From assembly GCF_001194135.2 (NCBI RefSeq), contig NC_069003.1, forward strand, positions 32,937,051 to 33,001,050: a stretch of DNA of 64,000 bases, read 5' to 3'. The notes below the pieces were generated by a model, which saw nothing but the letters and a program-made list of their open reading frames with translations, made no database searches and had not been told where the DNA came from. This stretch comes from Octopus bimaculoides. Lineage: Eukaryota. The stretch's first letter is position 1. The number at the start of each line of letters is the position of its first letter. This document shows, in pieces, positions 38,682 through 52,592 of this stretch. Position numbers and translations under genes: made by a program.

Positions 38682-41600
38682 GGAAGAGAGAGAAATGATC
38701 AGAGTTAAGTTCTATGGAAAGCAGTGGAGTCAAATTTGGTATTGAAGAAGATGGCTTTCTTTAGTTGGAGTATAGTTATGCAGAATTAATAGCGGAAAGG
38801 AGTGTAAGGTGTATGTGTGTGGGTAGCTGGGTGGTGGTGGTGGTGGTGGTGGTGGTGGGGAAATAAGAAAGAAAACAATTTATTGAAAAAGTTGGCAAGT
38901 GTTCAGAATATACAGCTGTATGTAGTTTATGAAAGAAATGAGAAGTATTGGTCAAGAGTTACATGAAAACATGCTTTGCATTTTTTGGTAAAAAGTTTAC
39001 AGCTAGTAAATAAAGGAAAAAAAACTCCAAAAACTATCGTATTTACTTGTGTATAAGTCGCACCTCTAATTTAGTGTTGAATCTAGGTGCAAAATTTTCT
39101 CCTTTCATAGTTTTAGCTTTGCCCCATGTGTAAGTCGCACACCAGTTCTTGCAGTTTAAAATCAAGTATAATTCTTTTGTATTTAAACCGACCATATCTG
39201 GCTCAAATATTCTACATTGTTTTATGTCCAAACGATCCAGATCTGGCCTCTCACACACACCCGACAATGTCATTCAAAAATAAGCAAGCACATCACTGAA
39301 ATCTCAAAGCTATCAGATGATGTGTGATTAATTCAAAATAATGGCAATAAGTAAGTATGGTATATGACACAGTAGAATAATCTGATTGCTAAAGTGGTGA
39401 CAATAATGTGGTTTATACATGAGAGAACACACTAACTGAAAATCACTAGTTGCTGTGTCTTCAAAGATATTAAGTCTTTTATTCACATAACAATTTTTTT
39501 GTAAATTATAAATTGCTACTTAGTAGAAGCTGTTTGGGGTAACTTTATAAGATAATAGTAAAATATTGATACAAAATATGTATTTTTAACTTATCAAAAA
39601 AAGGTACAATTTGTATGCATTTATTTACTATCATGGTAAGAAGATAGTGTGAGAGTAGGAAGATGTTAAATGACAAATAGAAAGTGAGTGATAGTCAAAG
39701 TAAAATGAAAGTGAGCAGAAGGATGAGTATTTATCATATTACCTCCACAGGTAAACAATAAAGAGTGAGTGAAAAGGTACAATCCACATTTGTATTTATT
39801 TATTGTCATGGTAGGGAGAAGGCATGAAAGTAAGAGAACATCAAATGACAAATAGAAAGTTGGCAAGTGATTGAGTGAGTGTGTGACAGTAAAAGTAAAA
39901 TGAAAGTGTGTAGCAGGATGAGGTGTATGTCATGCTGCCTTAACAAGGCAAAGAAGAAAAGAGTGAGTGAGAGAATTAAAATGAGAGTGGGTTAGAGTAA
40001 GAGGTATTATAGCAGTGTTCGTTCCATTCTAAGTTTGCCTATGACAACACTAGCACCAAGTTGTATCAATCAATACTTTCCCCTGGACAACATCAATGGC
40101 ATGGAAAAATAAGACTTGCAGAATGGGCAACTGATAACCTTCTTGAAAAATACCTTCACAAGACCTGCATCCTGGAGAGCAACATTCCAAGTACAAATTC
40201 ATGAATACCACAGGGCTTGGAGTCCTGAATGTATAGAGTGTGAATAAAAGCATGGGATTGTTTATTAGGTATTTAGAGGGATAGAATAAGTTCCAGGCAT
40301 AAAAAAAAAAAAAGAAATACTGGGGTCAATTTAGCTAAAAATTCAAGCCGGTTCCCTAGCATGACAGCACTCTAATGACTGGAACAAGTAAAAGGTAATA
40401 GGCTTCTCAGGGTTAATCCCCATAATGACCTCGTGTGACACCATCTAATCCTCAAATTTTTATCATCTTATCAACCATCATTAATTGCTACATCACTATT
40501 TGATCTCTTCTTTATTGTTGACCTTCCCCATAGAGGATAGATTCTCAGACTCTCTCTCTCTCTCGTTACTCTGCTTTATTCCTATTTCCGGTTCAGTAAC
40601 TTCCTGTACAAGTAGTTCTTGACATTAACAGTTAATTCATTCCTAATTTTCGCTCATTAATCAACAACTTTGTACAGCAGCAAAGGGAAGCAGTTAACGT
40701 TCACGTGTTGATTACAGAATGGCATGTTTGAACTGAAGCAAATACAATATACAGAACAAAGGAAGCTGGAAGTTGTAGAGACTCTTGCCAACATAATTTC
40801 ACCTGAGGCTCAGCTAGCTGACAGGTGCATTCATCCACTTGGACATCGTTTTTTGGCAACATGCGCTGAATTATGCACAAATGTTCTAAAATTTATAAAA
40901 CGTGATTTTTTTTTTTCCCCCACTTTTGGTACAGAAAATATTTGAGACGTAAACTAATAAATCAGAAGCTCAGAAAAGGCTGCCGTACTTCTATATATAT
41001 ATTTTTTCTTTTCATTGCAGCAGAAAAGTAGGTTTTTTTTTTTTTACCCGTTTTAATCAACAAAACAAAACAAGTCATGCTAAAACACTGCCTTGAGGGG
41101 TTTAGTCATTTTGTTTTTAAACCTGTTACTTATTCTAACGTTCTCTTTTTGCTAGAGCGCTAAGTTACAGGGATATAAACAAACCAACACTTGTCAAGCA
41201 GTGGTGGGGAGCACAAATACACAACCATACGCGCGCGCACACGGCGGGTTTCGTTTTCACCCACCAAAGGCTTTGACCGACATAGGAGTTTATAGAAGAC
41301 ACTTGCCTTAGGTACTATGCAGTGGGACTGAACCTGGATAGCCATGTCGTTGGGAGGCAAACGTGTTACCAAGCAACCATGCCTGCGGCTATAGTATGTC
41401 TTATATTATTTTAGATACACCTTCACAGATTTCTTTCTTAACCCTCCACATACAGGCCATCACCTACACCAGCTGTTCTCAACTGAGGCCCTGAAGAATC
41501 CTTCCGGTGGCCCTGAACGGTCTTCCTGCTATAAATAAATGTTCCTTTAACTGATTTGTGTTTTAGTTTTATTTGGGGCAGAAAGAATATTTGTTTCAAA

Positions 41601-42319
41601 TTTCGGTACAGGGTCAGCAAGTTCGAGGATAAGTTGACCATATCTACTCCAATGCTCAACTAGTCCTGTTTATTGACCTCGAAAGAATGAAGTCCACTTC
41701 GGCGAAATTTGAACTCAGAACGTAAAGATGGATGGAGATGCAGTTCAGCATTTTACTCGGCATGCGAGCGATTCTACCAGCTCACCGCTTTAATAAAAAA
41801 ACTTGATAAACACTGAAAGGATATTAAATTTGAAACGTCCTTCTAATAAGCAAAAAGGAATAAGATATACACTTAAGTTGATATTTATAGTTAAGTGCCG
41901 CCTAACGTACTTAATACGTTACGTAGTTAACCCAAATAAATAACGACTAATGGAAATTACACCCGTAATAAAAAGAAGTCATTAGCACTAATGAATTTTT
42001 TCATTACAGGTGGAATTTCAATTACTTTAAAATTCTATTGGGCTCCTAAAGCTTCACTTAACTATATGTTCATGCAGAAGCTCTCACTGGGAAATTTTGA
42101 AACGACAGTCGTTTTTCTACTGCTTTGCCATATACACACACAAATAATTGTTTTGTAGGGAATGGGATTAGTTGATACCATTGAGTTCCATTCTCGATAG
42201 GTACTAAGTTTTATCGACCCAAAAGGGGTGGAAGACAATGTTGACCTTCACGGGATTTCAACTCAGAAGGTAAAGAGCCGGAAGATACACAGCAAGGCAT
42301 TTTATCTGATGCTCTAGAC

Positions 42320-42614
42320 CAGGGGTTTTCAAACTGTGGTCCGCGGCCCACAGGGCGTCCGCAAGGACAAGACAAGGGGTCCGTGGACAGCAAATACTTT
42401 TTATGGGCAATTTGATTTTATATATGTTTTTTAATCGAAATCTTTTAATTGACAATAAACCTATCTGTTAAATACTGTTAAATAAATAAATGTAAAAATA
42501 TGTTATTTTAAGCAAATATTTATGTATAAATTTCATAAGCGTTTATAAGGGGGTCCCTAAGGTAAAGCCTGAAATATAAAGGGGTCCGCAAGTCAAAAAG
42601 TTTGAAAACCCCTG
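42320..42614. mobile_element. hAT (Charlie-type) MITE, 295 bp, inserted into a SINE
   Basis: 16-bp perfect TIR CAGGGGTTTTCAAACT / AGTTTGAAAACCCCTG; perfect 8-bp TSD CTCTAGAC at 42312-42319 and 42615-42622. Confidence 0.93.
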
Positions 42615-45600
42615 CTCTAGACTATCCAACCAGTTCACCACGCGAATAAAATGTCTCCAATTTAGACACAAGGCTAGAAATTTTGAAGGGCTGAAGATAA
42701 GTCCATACCATTGATCCCAATACTTGAATGATAGTTTATTTTATCGACCCCGAAAGGAAGAAAACAATGTTGACCTCGGCGAGATTTGAGTTCACAATGT
42801 AGAAAGCCTTCCTATTTATATTGCTGCATTTCTATTACTCTTGACACACATGTAATCAATCTTTCGTTTAATCCCCACTTTTCAGAACTCTGCAACGTGC
42901 AGTCGCCGCCTCAGAGCACACAGTATTACTTATATAAGTGTTCAGCAATCCCTTCTTACTAAATATAGTTCATATCTTTTGTGTGAATTGCTCACCCAAC
43001 AAAACAAACAGTCTGATGGAAAATGTCAGTGAAGCAATGATCACATTATCCTCTCTTCATCATCTATGCTAATATCTGAAACGAATTCATTAGTTAGAAC
43101 TTCTAGGTTCTTTGATAACAAACTGATTCAGGCAGAATTCCACTTAGAATAACTGTACTTTTGAGTAACTTGTCCAGCAGTTTCGTGAACACATACTGAC
43201 AGGGTGTGACGTGTGGCAATTCATAACGAACGTCTATTTCGTTCTAGGTGTGTGTCATAATAATTAATAGTCTTAAGTACGCTGGAAGATTTCTTATATT
43301 CTTTAATTTGTTTTCGCTATCACTGCTAAGGTCATGCTACAGCACTGCCTTCGAATAATTCCGATGGCAAAGTTAAATAAATAATTAAAGCAAGATTTAA
43401 TCCTAAATTCGAATGATGGAATTGAATTAACATCTGTTTGGATAAAGATTTACTTCAGCAGTTGCACGATTTGAAATGAATCCCGGTGTTATACAACAGA
43501 ATATTTGGATATGTTTTTCGTTAATAAATTATAAATTGGTGGTTATATGAAATTTACAGGAAAAAATCAAAATTTTTCAATTAACATTAGTAGCGCGAGT
43601 GGTGAGCACAACGGGGTCATCAAGGATAGCAACCGAGTCTCGCCTCAAATCATACCATACTGTCTTACAAATAAAATTTTAAAGAAATTTTTGAAAGCTG
43701 TGGGGAAAATATAGTTATTTGTTTACTAGCGGATCTGCCATCCAACGAAGGAGCCTCTAAGTTTGTTGTCGCTAAACCTATTAGAAATAGTAGCCAAATT
43801 TCTCCTCGGATCTTGTTAAATTTCTTCCAACTAGTTGACATATTTCAAATTTTCATCATATTATTTTCGAAAATGTAGTTTTGCATGCTGTTGAAAAAAA
43901 TAAAGCATACATTTTTCTAGAAATTAACCATAAAAAAAGTCTTTAAAGTTATGTAATTTTAGCCTGTTGGGAAGCCTCCACCCAATCTGGTGAAAAAGTG
44001 GTAGGAAGAAATCTAACAAGATCCTTCCCCTCAAATTACTTCCTACTCTCTCAAGGAAAGGAAGGGCACATTAAATGATGTGATGGAGAACAAGAGTGTA
44101 GAAAGAAACTAGTGATATCTCCGTCACCAAATAGTAAACATAAGGAGACTGATTTCATTTTACAAACATTTTTGAATTTGAGGGGATGGCTACTATTAGG
44201 GGGTGACGTAGTGACAAACGACAACAGCCAAATAACAATTCAGGATTGAAGAAAAATTAGTGGAATAATCCTGAAGAACAATTTTAGTTTGTGATTAAAC
44301 TAATTAGAGTTTTCAGCTTTCAAACTCTCATAATGTTTAAAATAGAATATTGGCTCATGGCTGTGAGGTTAAGAAGGGCAAGTGTCTTCTGCTATGGCTA
44401 AATTGGTTCTTCATCGATATTAACTACTTTAGTTTCGACACAAGGTTCTCAGATCAAGTCACATTTTAACCAAACGCGACTACATTATTGTACTCGTTTA
44501 TAAGACGCACTATTTTGCACTCGATTTTAACCCTTTTGATGCCAACCTGCCTGAAACCGCCCTCCATTCTATGATACAAAATTCCTGTTATAAAGTGGTC
44601 TAAAAACCTTCCTTCAAAAGTTCTTAGTTACTGTTTCAAACACCAGCTTAATAATGACAAAATTACTTTAAATAAATTCCTTATTTTCAATATTAATTGA
44701 AACAAAGACAGCATATTTCAACAGAGATATGGTAACAAGTTAAAACTATGAAGGGAAATTTTTTATATCAAGGTTTAATTAGGGATGGACTTCTACACCA
44801 CAATTAAAAACTATATAATAATAATAATAAATAATTTGGACAGTGTAAGTCGATTAGTGTGTTTAAATGTTGAGTACCCAATAAAGATTTAATACTGAAT
44901 CCATCTGTTAATACTATATATATATATTATACACACACACAAACTATATTTACTCGTTTATAAGTCGTACCATTTGGTTTTATTTGATGAAAAATCGGGA
45001 CCCCCCCCCCCCCCCCGCCTCCATCATGGGCTTTATTTCCTAAGTTCCAGAAGAAATTAGACTTTTAATGAAATTTTCTTCAAATACCTTTCAGGTGATG
45101 TGCATTACAATTATATTTAATGTGAAAATAAAAAAAAAGAATCCTTAAAAATTGGTGGACGCGCGCGCGCGAACACTGACACACATTACATAATTTTTCC
45201 AAAATTTCAAATATCATTTTGTGTATTGCGAGCCCACCAATTTATTATTTTTTTTTTTCACATTAAATTTCGATATAATTGCTATCTACACCATCTTAAA
45301 GGTATTTGTAGGAAATTTTATTAAAAAATAACCATTTTTCTGGAAGTTATGAAGAAATCGAGTTAGGGGTGTAGACACACTTGTATAGATATGCCCCAAA
45401 ATTTAACACTAAATTAGGTCTGCGGTTTATACACGAATAAAAACGGTACACATACACACTGATTACTCCTGTATAAGTCACACTATTTTATACTAGGGCG
45501 TGACTTTTACACGATAAAGTACTTCTAATAGTTGTTCATTTTGCACATGTGATAAAACAGATTTTCTACTGTTAATTCTGTCGAGATAAAAGCTGCTTTG

Positions 45601-46037
45601 CCAGTTATGTGAGGTTCTATGAAGTCGTTCGACTTGCAAAAAATAGCAGCCAAATCACTTGAAAATACTTTACTGTTAGATAATGTACGATGTATGACAA
45701 AAAGACAGTATGGTCATAGGTGGAACATTTTTTTTTTTATTATAGGTCTGGTTGACAAAGCATTTAGACATAGCCGCCACACCTGCTAGAAATGGCAGTC
45801 AACTCTTTCCTCAACTCAATCACAACGTTTAAAAAATGATGTACATATTAGGTACCCTAGAAAGAAGAGGTAAAACAAACGTGGATTTTTTTTTATCAAA
45901 GGCCTGCTCCATTAGAGCTAACTTAAGGTTAAACAACAAAGTGAAATGAGCTAAGACGGGTCTACCGCTGGACAATAGCAACCAAATCTCCTTAAACTAG
46001 TCATATACATATGTACACGCGCACATTTATATTCACA

Positions 46038-46087
<50 letters not shown>

Positions 46088-46214
46088 NNNNNNNNNNNNN
46101 NNNNNNNNNNNNNNNNNNNNNNNNNNNNNNNNNNNNNNNNNNNNNNNNNNNNNNNNNNNNNNNNNNNNNNNNNNNNNNNNNNNNNNNNNNNNNNNNNNNN
46201 NNNNNNNNNNNNNN

Positions 46215-46258
<44 letters not shown>

Positions 46259-48859
46259 CCACTCACAGATGCATATATTTATGCATGAATATATGCATAC
46301 ACACACATTGCTTTGTGAAGAGCTGTATAAATCTCGCTCTCAATAAACATATATATATATATATATATAGTGTTTTATGGATGTATGTATAGTGCGAGAC
46401 AGAGAAATGCACATACGCACATTGACATGGCAATCCAACAAGGGGGATTCTCTGCGTGATTATTTAATCAATGAGTAATAGCAACCAAACATCTTTCAGA
46501 TCTCTACTAACTTACGAAACAAAACTGTAGTCCTCAATACACTACCTGAAAAAAATTCAGGATGGCTATGGGCTAGGATGCCTTTAATTAGGAGCATGTT
46601 CCTCGTCGTGGGTTGATCTACTAACGTGAATGCTCAGTACTCATGTTACTGCCCGAGCGATGAGTAATCTGACGTGTAAGACCCGTGTAATAGGGAGATA
46701 TATTTGGAGAAATAAATGCTGGTGTTTTTTTTTTTGTTTAATAAAACTGATTATAACCAAAGTATTTTAAATTAAATCAAATATTTATGATATGTATTTA
46801 TGTTGCGTAAGCAACTTCTGCAGGAAAATAAGGATAAAAATGATTAGAAAAACAACACATTTCTATGATTAATAATAAAAATAATAATAAACCTTTCTAC
46901 TATAGGCACAAAGCTAGAAATTTTGAAGAGGGGAGGCAGTCGTTTACATCGACCCTGAAAGGATAAAAGGTAAAATCGACCTCGTTCGGAATGATAATAG
47001 TAACGAGTTTGACAAGTACTTTGGCACGAATCCCTAGGGGCTTCGGGCCATCCCATAGCGCTTAACTAATAAAAGAGTACATATACTCTGCTTGCGTATT
47101 AGATTCTTAACAAAATAAGAACAAGCTGAGTTGTAGAGTGTCGATGTAATCGACTAGCCCCTATACCCAACAAAATTTCAAGCCCTTGTGCCTTTAATAG
47201 AAAGAATTGTCATTATTATTATTTCTACTATAGGCACAAGGCCTAAAATTGTGAAGGGAGAGGAATAATTGATTACATCGACCCTGTAGTAGTAGTAGTA
47301 GTAGTAGTAGCAGTAGGAAAGGGAGGAGGTACTTTTGCAAAAACCAAAACGTACCTTGCTTAGCAATAATAAACGTTTGTTATTGTGGTTTCACACTCAA
47401 GTCTTATGATCAAGACAACCAAAAGCGTTCCATCTATGATGAATCCACCTATTTTAATGGGTTTTTTCCCGTCTCAACAACGTGTAGCTAATACTACATT
47501 ATAAAATGTAATCACTAGATACCATTTTAAATGTGATTTGAGGGTAAATCGGTTGCTATTTCTAGCAGACCGAGCGATTGATGTCAGAGGCGGTTCCCTC
47601 GTTGGTTCGATAATATATATATTTACATTAATATTGTACACAATTATAATCGATTATCAGGAATAAATCACTTTGTACAACAAAAGTGCTTCATACAAAA
47701 CGAGATGAAATTCCAATGTAATTATGCGTCATCGAAGACCAATTTTTAAAAAATAGACAAGAAACAAGATAAATAGTTATGCAGAACTAATTAATACTAA
47801 ATTAATAGCGATCGTTATTGTTTAGCCCATGGCCTGCGACCTAATCGAGCAGAATTTATGACGAACGAGACATTCTAGTTATGGTCATGTGTATATTTAT
47901 TTGTATTGCACGAACTACATTATCTAATGTGTCCTTCCATTTTAAAGGCGATAGAGTAAATGATATGATTTGAAGGGAGATCTGGTTGCTATTTCTAGCA
48001 GATTGAACATACCACGTAGAAGCTCCCTTGTTGTTGCTTTGCCCTAGGTGAACACTGATTGAGCAGACCTACGGCTAAAGGCGTTCAATCCATGACCATC
48101 CCACCTTTTTTTGAGACTATATTTCGAGTTATATTATCCGGTGCATAGTTTCTTTAAAAAAATTGTTAGGGTGCGAGTTGGCTGCTGTTTTTAGCAGATC
48201 GAGCAGACCACGTACAAGTTTCCTTGTTAGTTTGTCGTTGTAGTTGTTTAAATACAGATGAACCCTCATCAAGCAGACCCATGATTAAAGACGTCCCAGC
48301 CGTGACCATTCCATCTTTTTTGCATATCTGGAACTACATTATCCTTCCATTTTTAAAGGTGGGGCAGAGTAGACTTGGGGGAAATTTGACTGTTATTTCT
48401 AAGAGATCGAGCATTGCACGGACATTCTCACACCCTCGTTTAATCATAATAATTAGATGGACAATGTTGGTATTTGTTATTTATAGAAGAAGGGGGGGGG
48501 GGGAATAAACTGTCAGAAAATGTTAATATAAAGTTTGAGTGAACGTTTAAAAGAAATCTGACGAAAGAAAAAAAAAAGTCATATTAAGATAATAAGTACA
48601 ACAAACATAAAATAATTAAACATTAATTGGGGAATATTTACCTTTCCGCGAAAAATTGACGATTCAGATATTAAAAGATTGAGCAATCAATATATAATAA
48701 AAATTAATCCAGTATTTATAGGCAATAAAACTGCGGCCAGTTGACCTAAGTTTTACCAAAATGTGTTCTGTCTTTCATGGAACAGAAATTATGTCTCTAG
48801 AACCAAAATCCACGAAATCTAATGAACTCATAGAGAGATATAGTTTCATGTGTGTTACT

Positions 48860-48961
48860 TATGTCGTTAATATTTACTTGAGAAACTCCGATTGTCTCTC
48901 TCTGTCTTCTCTCTCAGCCTGTCTTTCTTTCCTCTCTGTCTTCTCTCTCAGCCTGTCTTTC

Positions 48962-48997
<36 letters not shown>

Positions 48998-49140
48998 TCC
49001 GATCGAGTCATTTGAAAAACGAGAGAGAAAAGCGAAATATTTAATCGACATTTGTACATTGCGTTGTACAACGCCATCTTACGGTTACAAGAAGAGAGAG
49101 ACCCAGTTACTAAACGGATAACTCTCACAGTCTAACATTA
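48860..49140 (-). promoter_or_regulatory. Candidate promoter/first exon (CpG-enriched, YY1-type AAGATGGCG at 49080-49072, GA-rich tract, gtaaat donors at 48876 and 48641)
   Basis: Motif and composition only; possibly the missing 5' exon of the ankyrin gene. Confidence 0.3.
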
Positions 49141-50069
49141 TATATGTATCGCGCATCTTGTAATACATACACGCACCCAGACACACACACACACACACAC
49201 ACACAAGCACTTACACACATACATACACACAAGCACTTACACATTCATCCATACATATGCACGTACATGCATTCATATGTACATATGTGATACTGGCGTG
49301 CGCACATACGTACGTACATACAGACATATACATGTGTAACTACATAGACATAAACACATACATACGCATAGCTACATTCGTACACAAACATGCACATACA
49401 CACACTTTCATACGTACATACACACACATACATACACACATTTACACACACATACATACACTCATACATAATTACATTTACACACACATACATACACACG
49501 GACACTTACACAGATACGTACATACATACACATACTGACATATACATTCATACATACATAAACTCATACACACACACACACATTCATACATAGACATACA
49601 TCTAATTCGTCTGACAGATGTGAAGGAGAGACATCCAGTTTATGCTTGTATCAAATTGAGAAAGGGAGTTTTGATGAAGCTTTTATTTCCAGCCTTTTAT
49701 ATCTTTACTTGTTTGAATCATTGGACTGCGGCCATGCTGGAGCACTGCCATGAAGGGTTTAGTACTTTCTTTAAAGCCTCGTACTTATTCTGTCAGCTCC
49801 TTTTGTTGAATCACTACGTGATGGTGGTGGAGGGGCAGGTGGCAAAGTCAAAGGTATTGATGTTGGTGGTGTCAGAAGTCTGAATGGTGTGTGTATGGCA
49901 GATGGTTTCAGGTTCAGTCCCACTGCATGGTGGTATCTTGGGCAAGTATCTTTTACTATAGCCTTGTGAATGGATTTGGTAGACATAAACTGGAGGAAGC
50001 TTGTCATGTCTATCTTACACTTTCTTTTCACATTCTCATGAACTTACCTGCATAAAGCTCCCACATCCA

Positions 50070-50287
50070 GTAAACTGATTTGGTAGACTCCCACAAGATT
50101 ATCCAACATCTTTCCAACGACAACCTAGGGCACCTTTTTGAGTTCCATTTGACAAACACTCATGGACATGATTACAAAATCAAAAAATAACACAACACCC
50201 AAGACTTTCAAAAACATTTTTTTCGCCTTCAGAATTGCTGAAGCATGGAATAAACTACCTGCATCAGTTGTTAGCTGTCAGGACACT
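50070..50287 (+). mobile_element. CR1/L2-clade LINE ORF2 C-terminal remnant
   Basis: TDLVDSHKIIQHL...TNTHGHDYKIKK*HNTQDFQKHF-FAFRIAEAWNKLPASVVSC matches the CR1 end motif TRGH..K...RK.FF..RVV..WN.LP..VV. Confidence 0.85.
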
Positions 50288-52169
50288 GTTGTTGTTGGCA
50301 CTCCATCGCTTACGACGTCGAGGGTTCCAGTTGATCCGATCAACGGAACAGCCTGCTCGTGAAATTAACGTACAAGTGGCTGAGCACTCCACAGACACGT
50401 GTACCCTTAACGTAGTTCTCGGGGGATATTCAGCGTGACACAGTGTGACAAGGCTGATCCTTTGAATTACAGGCACAACAGAAACAGGAAGTAAGAGTGA
50501 GAGAAAGTTGTGGTGGAAGAGTACAGCAGGGTTCACCACCATCCCCTGCCGGAGCCTCGTGGAGCTTTTTAGGTGTTNNNNNNNNNNNNNNNNNNNNNNN
50601 NNNNNNNNNNNNNNNNNNNNNNNNNNNNNNNNNNNNNNNNNNNNNNNNNNNNNNNNNNNNNNNNNNNNNNNNNNNNNNNNNNNNNNNNNNNNNNNNNNNN
50701 NNNNNNNNNNNNNNNNNNNNNNNNNNNNNNNNNNNNNNNNNNNNNNNNNNNNNNNNNNNNNNNNNNNNNNNNNTTCACTTTCTGTGCATTATTCTATGTG
50801 CTATTCATGCAACACAGTATTGTGTGCAATAAGTTCGTTGTATTACATACCTGTTCCTGCTGAATGTCTCCCACCAAAACATATCTTCTCTCCACTTGTA
50901 TTCACCTCTGACTCCCCTTTCACCAACTTACCTACCCACTCAATCAATCCAATCCTCTCTACCTACCTACATCTCTCTGTACCTTGAGGATACACTCCAA
51001 CACATCATCTCTCTCCAACTAGGATAGTCATGTATCTCCTCTATAGCAAGACACCTGTTTCTGTCCCTCTATCATAATCTAACCTCGTCACCTGGCACAA
51101 AACCACCTCCTTCAATACTGCCCTCCACCCCCTGCTGGGGGCCCACATAAAAAGCACCCTGTATACTCTGTAAAGTGGTTGACATTAGGAAGGGCATCCA
51201 GCCAAAGACAGTGGAGCATGGCTCAGTCTTCTTCTAAATTGCCACCTCCTATCAAACCATCCAACCCATGCCAGCATGCAAAGTGGATACTAAATGGTGA
51301 TGATGATGATATACATGTATGAGTGCATGTGTTCTTGTGCCTCCTTGTTTTGACGTCCCATGACTGTTGAAAATCTCTCTTTTTTTTTTTTTTTATCTTT
51401 TACTTGTTTCAATCATTAGACTGCAGCCATCATTAGACTGTCTCGAAGAATTTTTAGTGAAAGTCCGCTTTCAGATATCTTGTCAAATAAAAAGACNNNN
51501 NNNNNNNNNNNNNNNNNNNNNNNNNNNNNNNNNNNNNNNNNNNNNNNNNNNNNNNNNNNNNNNNNNNNNNNNNNNNNNNNNNNNNNNNNNNNNNNNNNNN
51601 NNNNNNNNNNNNNNNNNNNNNNNNNNNNNNNNNNNNNNNNNNNNNNNNNNNNNNNNNNNNNNNNNNNNNNNNNNNNNNNNTTGCTTTTGTCTTTTATTTC
51701 TGATTTTATGAAAGAAATCTCTGGAAATTGATATCCCCAAAATCTCCAAATTATTTTGTGAAATATTTTGTATTTTGTTTTTCAATTATTCATTCTTTTA
51801 ATTATTTCCTTTTTTTTTTTTTTTTACTGAAGTGAACAGTTTAGGGAAAACATTGTGAATGTCATAAGAATGAATGAACATTTCAATTTATAAGTATCAA
51901 GAGTTAGACATTAATAAACCAAGAGTCAAAGAGATCAAATCTCAGAGAAGCAATCTGATATGTCAATTTGAAGACGAGAAAAGTAAGTCAGATGATGATT
52001 CAACAACATTGTAAGAAAAATGATTGTTTTGTTGTTGTTTTTTTGTCTTTTTGTCTCCATCAGCATATTATTTAAAAGAATATTTTGAATAAATTTGACA
52101 AAAGATATACACAATGAGTTATACAAATCAATTTTTAAAAACTAAATCCTTTGGGATTAAGCTGGTAAG

Positions 52170-52592
52170 CTGGTAGAATTGCTAATGTATTGGACAAATT
52201 CTTGGGTGAGTGGTGTTCTGAGTTCAGATTCCACCGGGGTCAATTTTGCCTTTCAAACTTTCAGGGTCAATAAATTAAGTACCAGAGAAACACTGGGGTC
52301 AATGTAATCAACTAGTCCCCTCGCCCAAAATTTCAGGCCTTGTGCCTATAGTAGAAAGGATTATTATTATCATTATTTCTTTCTAATACAGGCACAAGGC
52401 CTGAAATTTGAGGGGAAGGGTTTAGTTGATTACAAAGATCCCAATATTTGACTGGTACTTATTTTATCAACCCCCAAAAAGGATGAAAGGCAAAGTTGAC
52501 CATGGCAAAATTTGAACTCAGAATTTAAAGCTGGAAGAAATGCTGATAAGCATTTTGTCTGGCAAGCTAATGATTCTGCCAGTCTGCCGCCA
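52170..52592. mobile_element. Tail-to-tail inverted pair of the same SINE family
   Basis: Plus copy ~52170-52358, short (TAT)n spacer, minus copy ~52378-52592. Confidence 0.8.
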
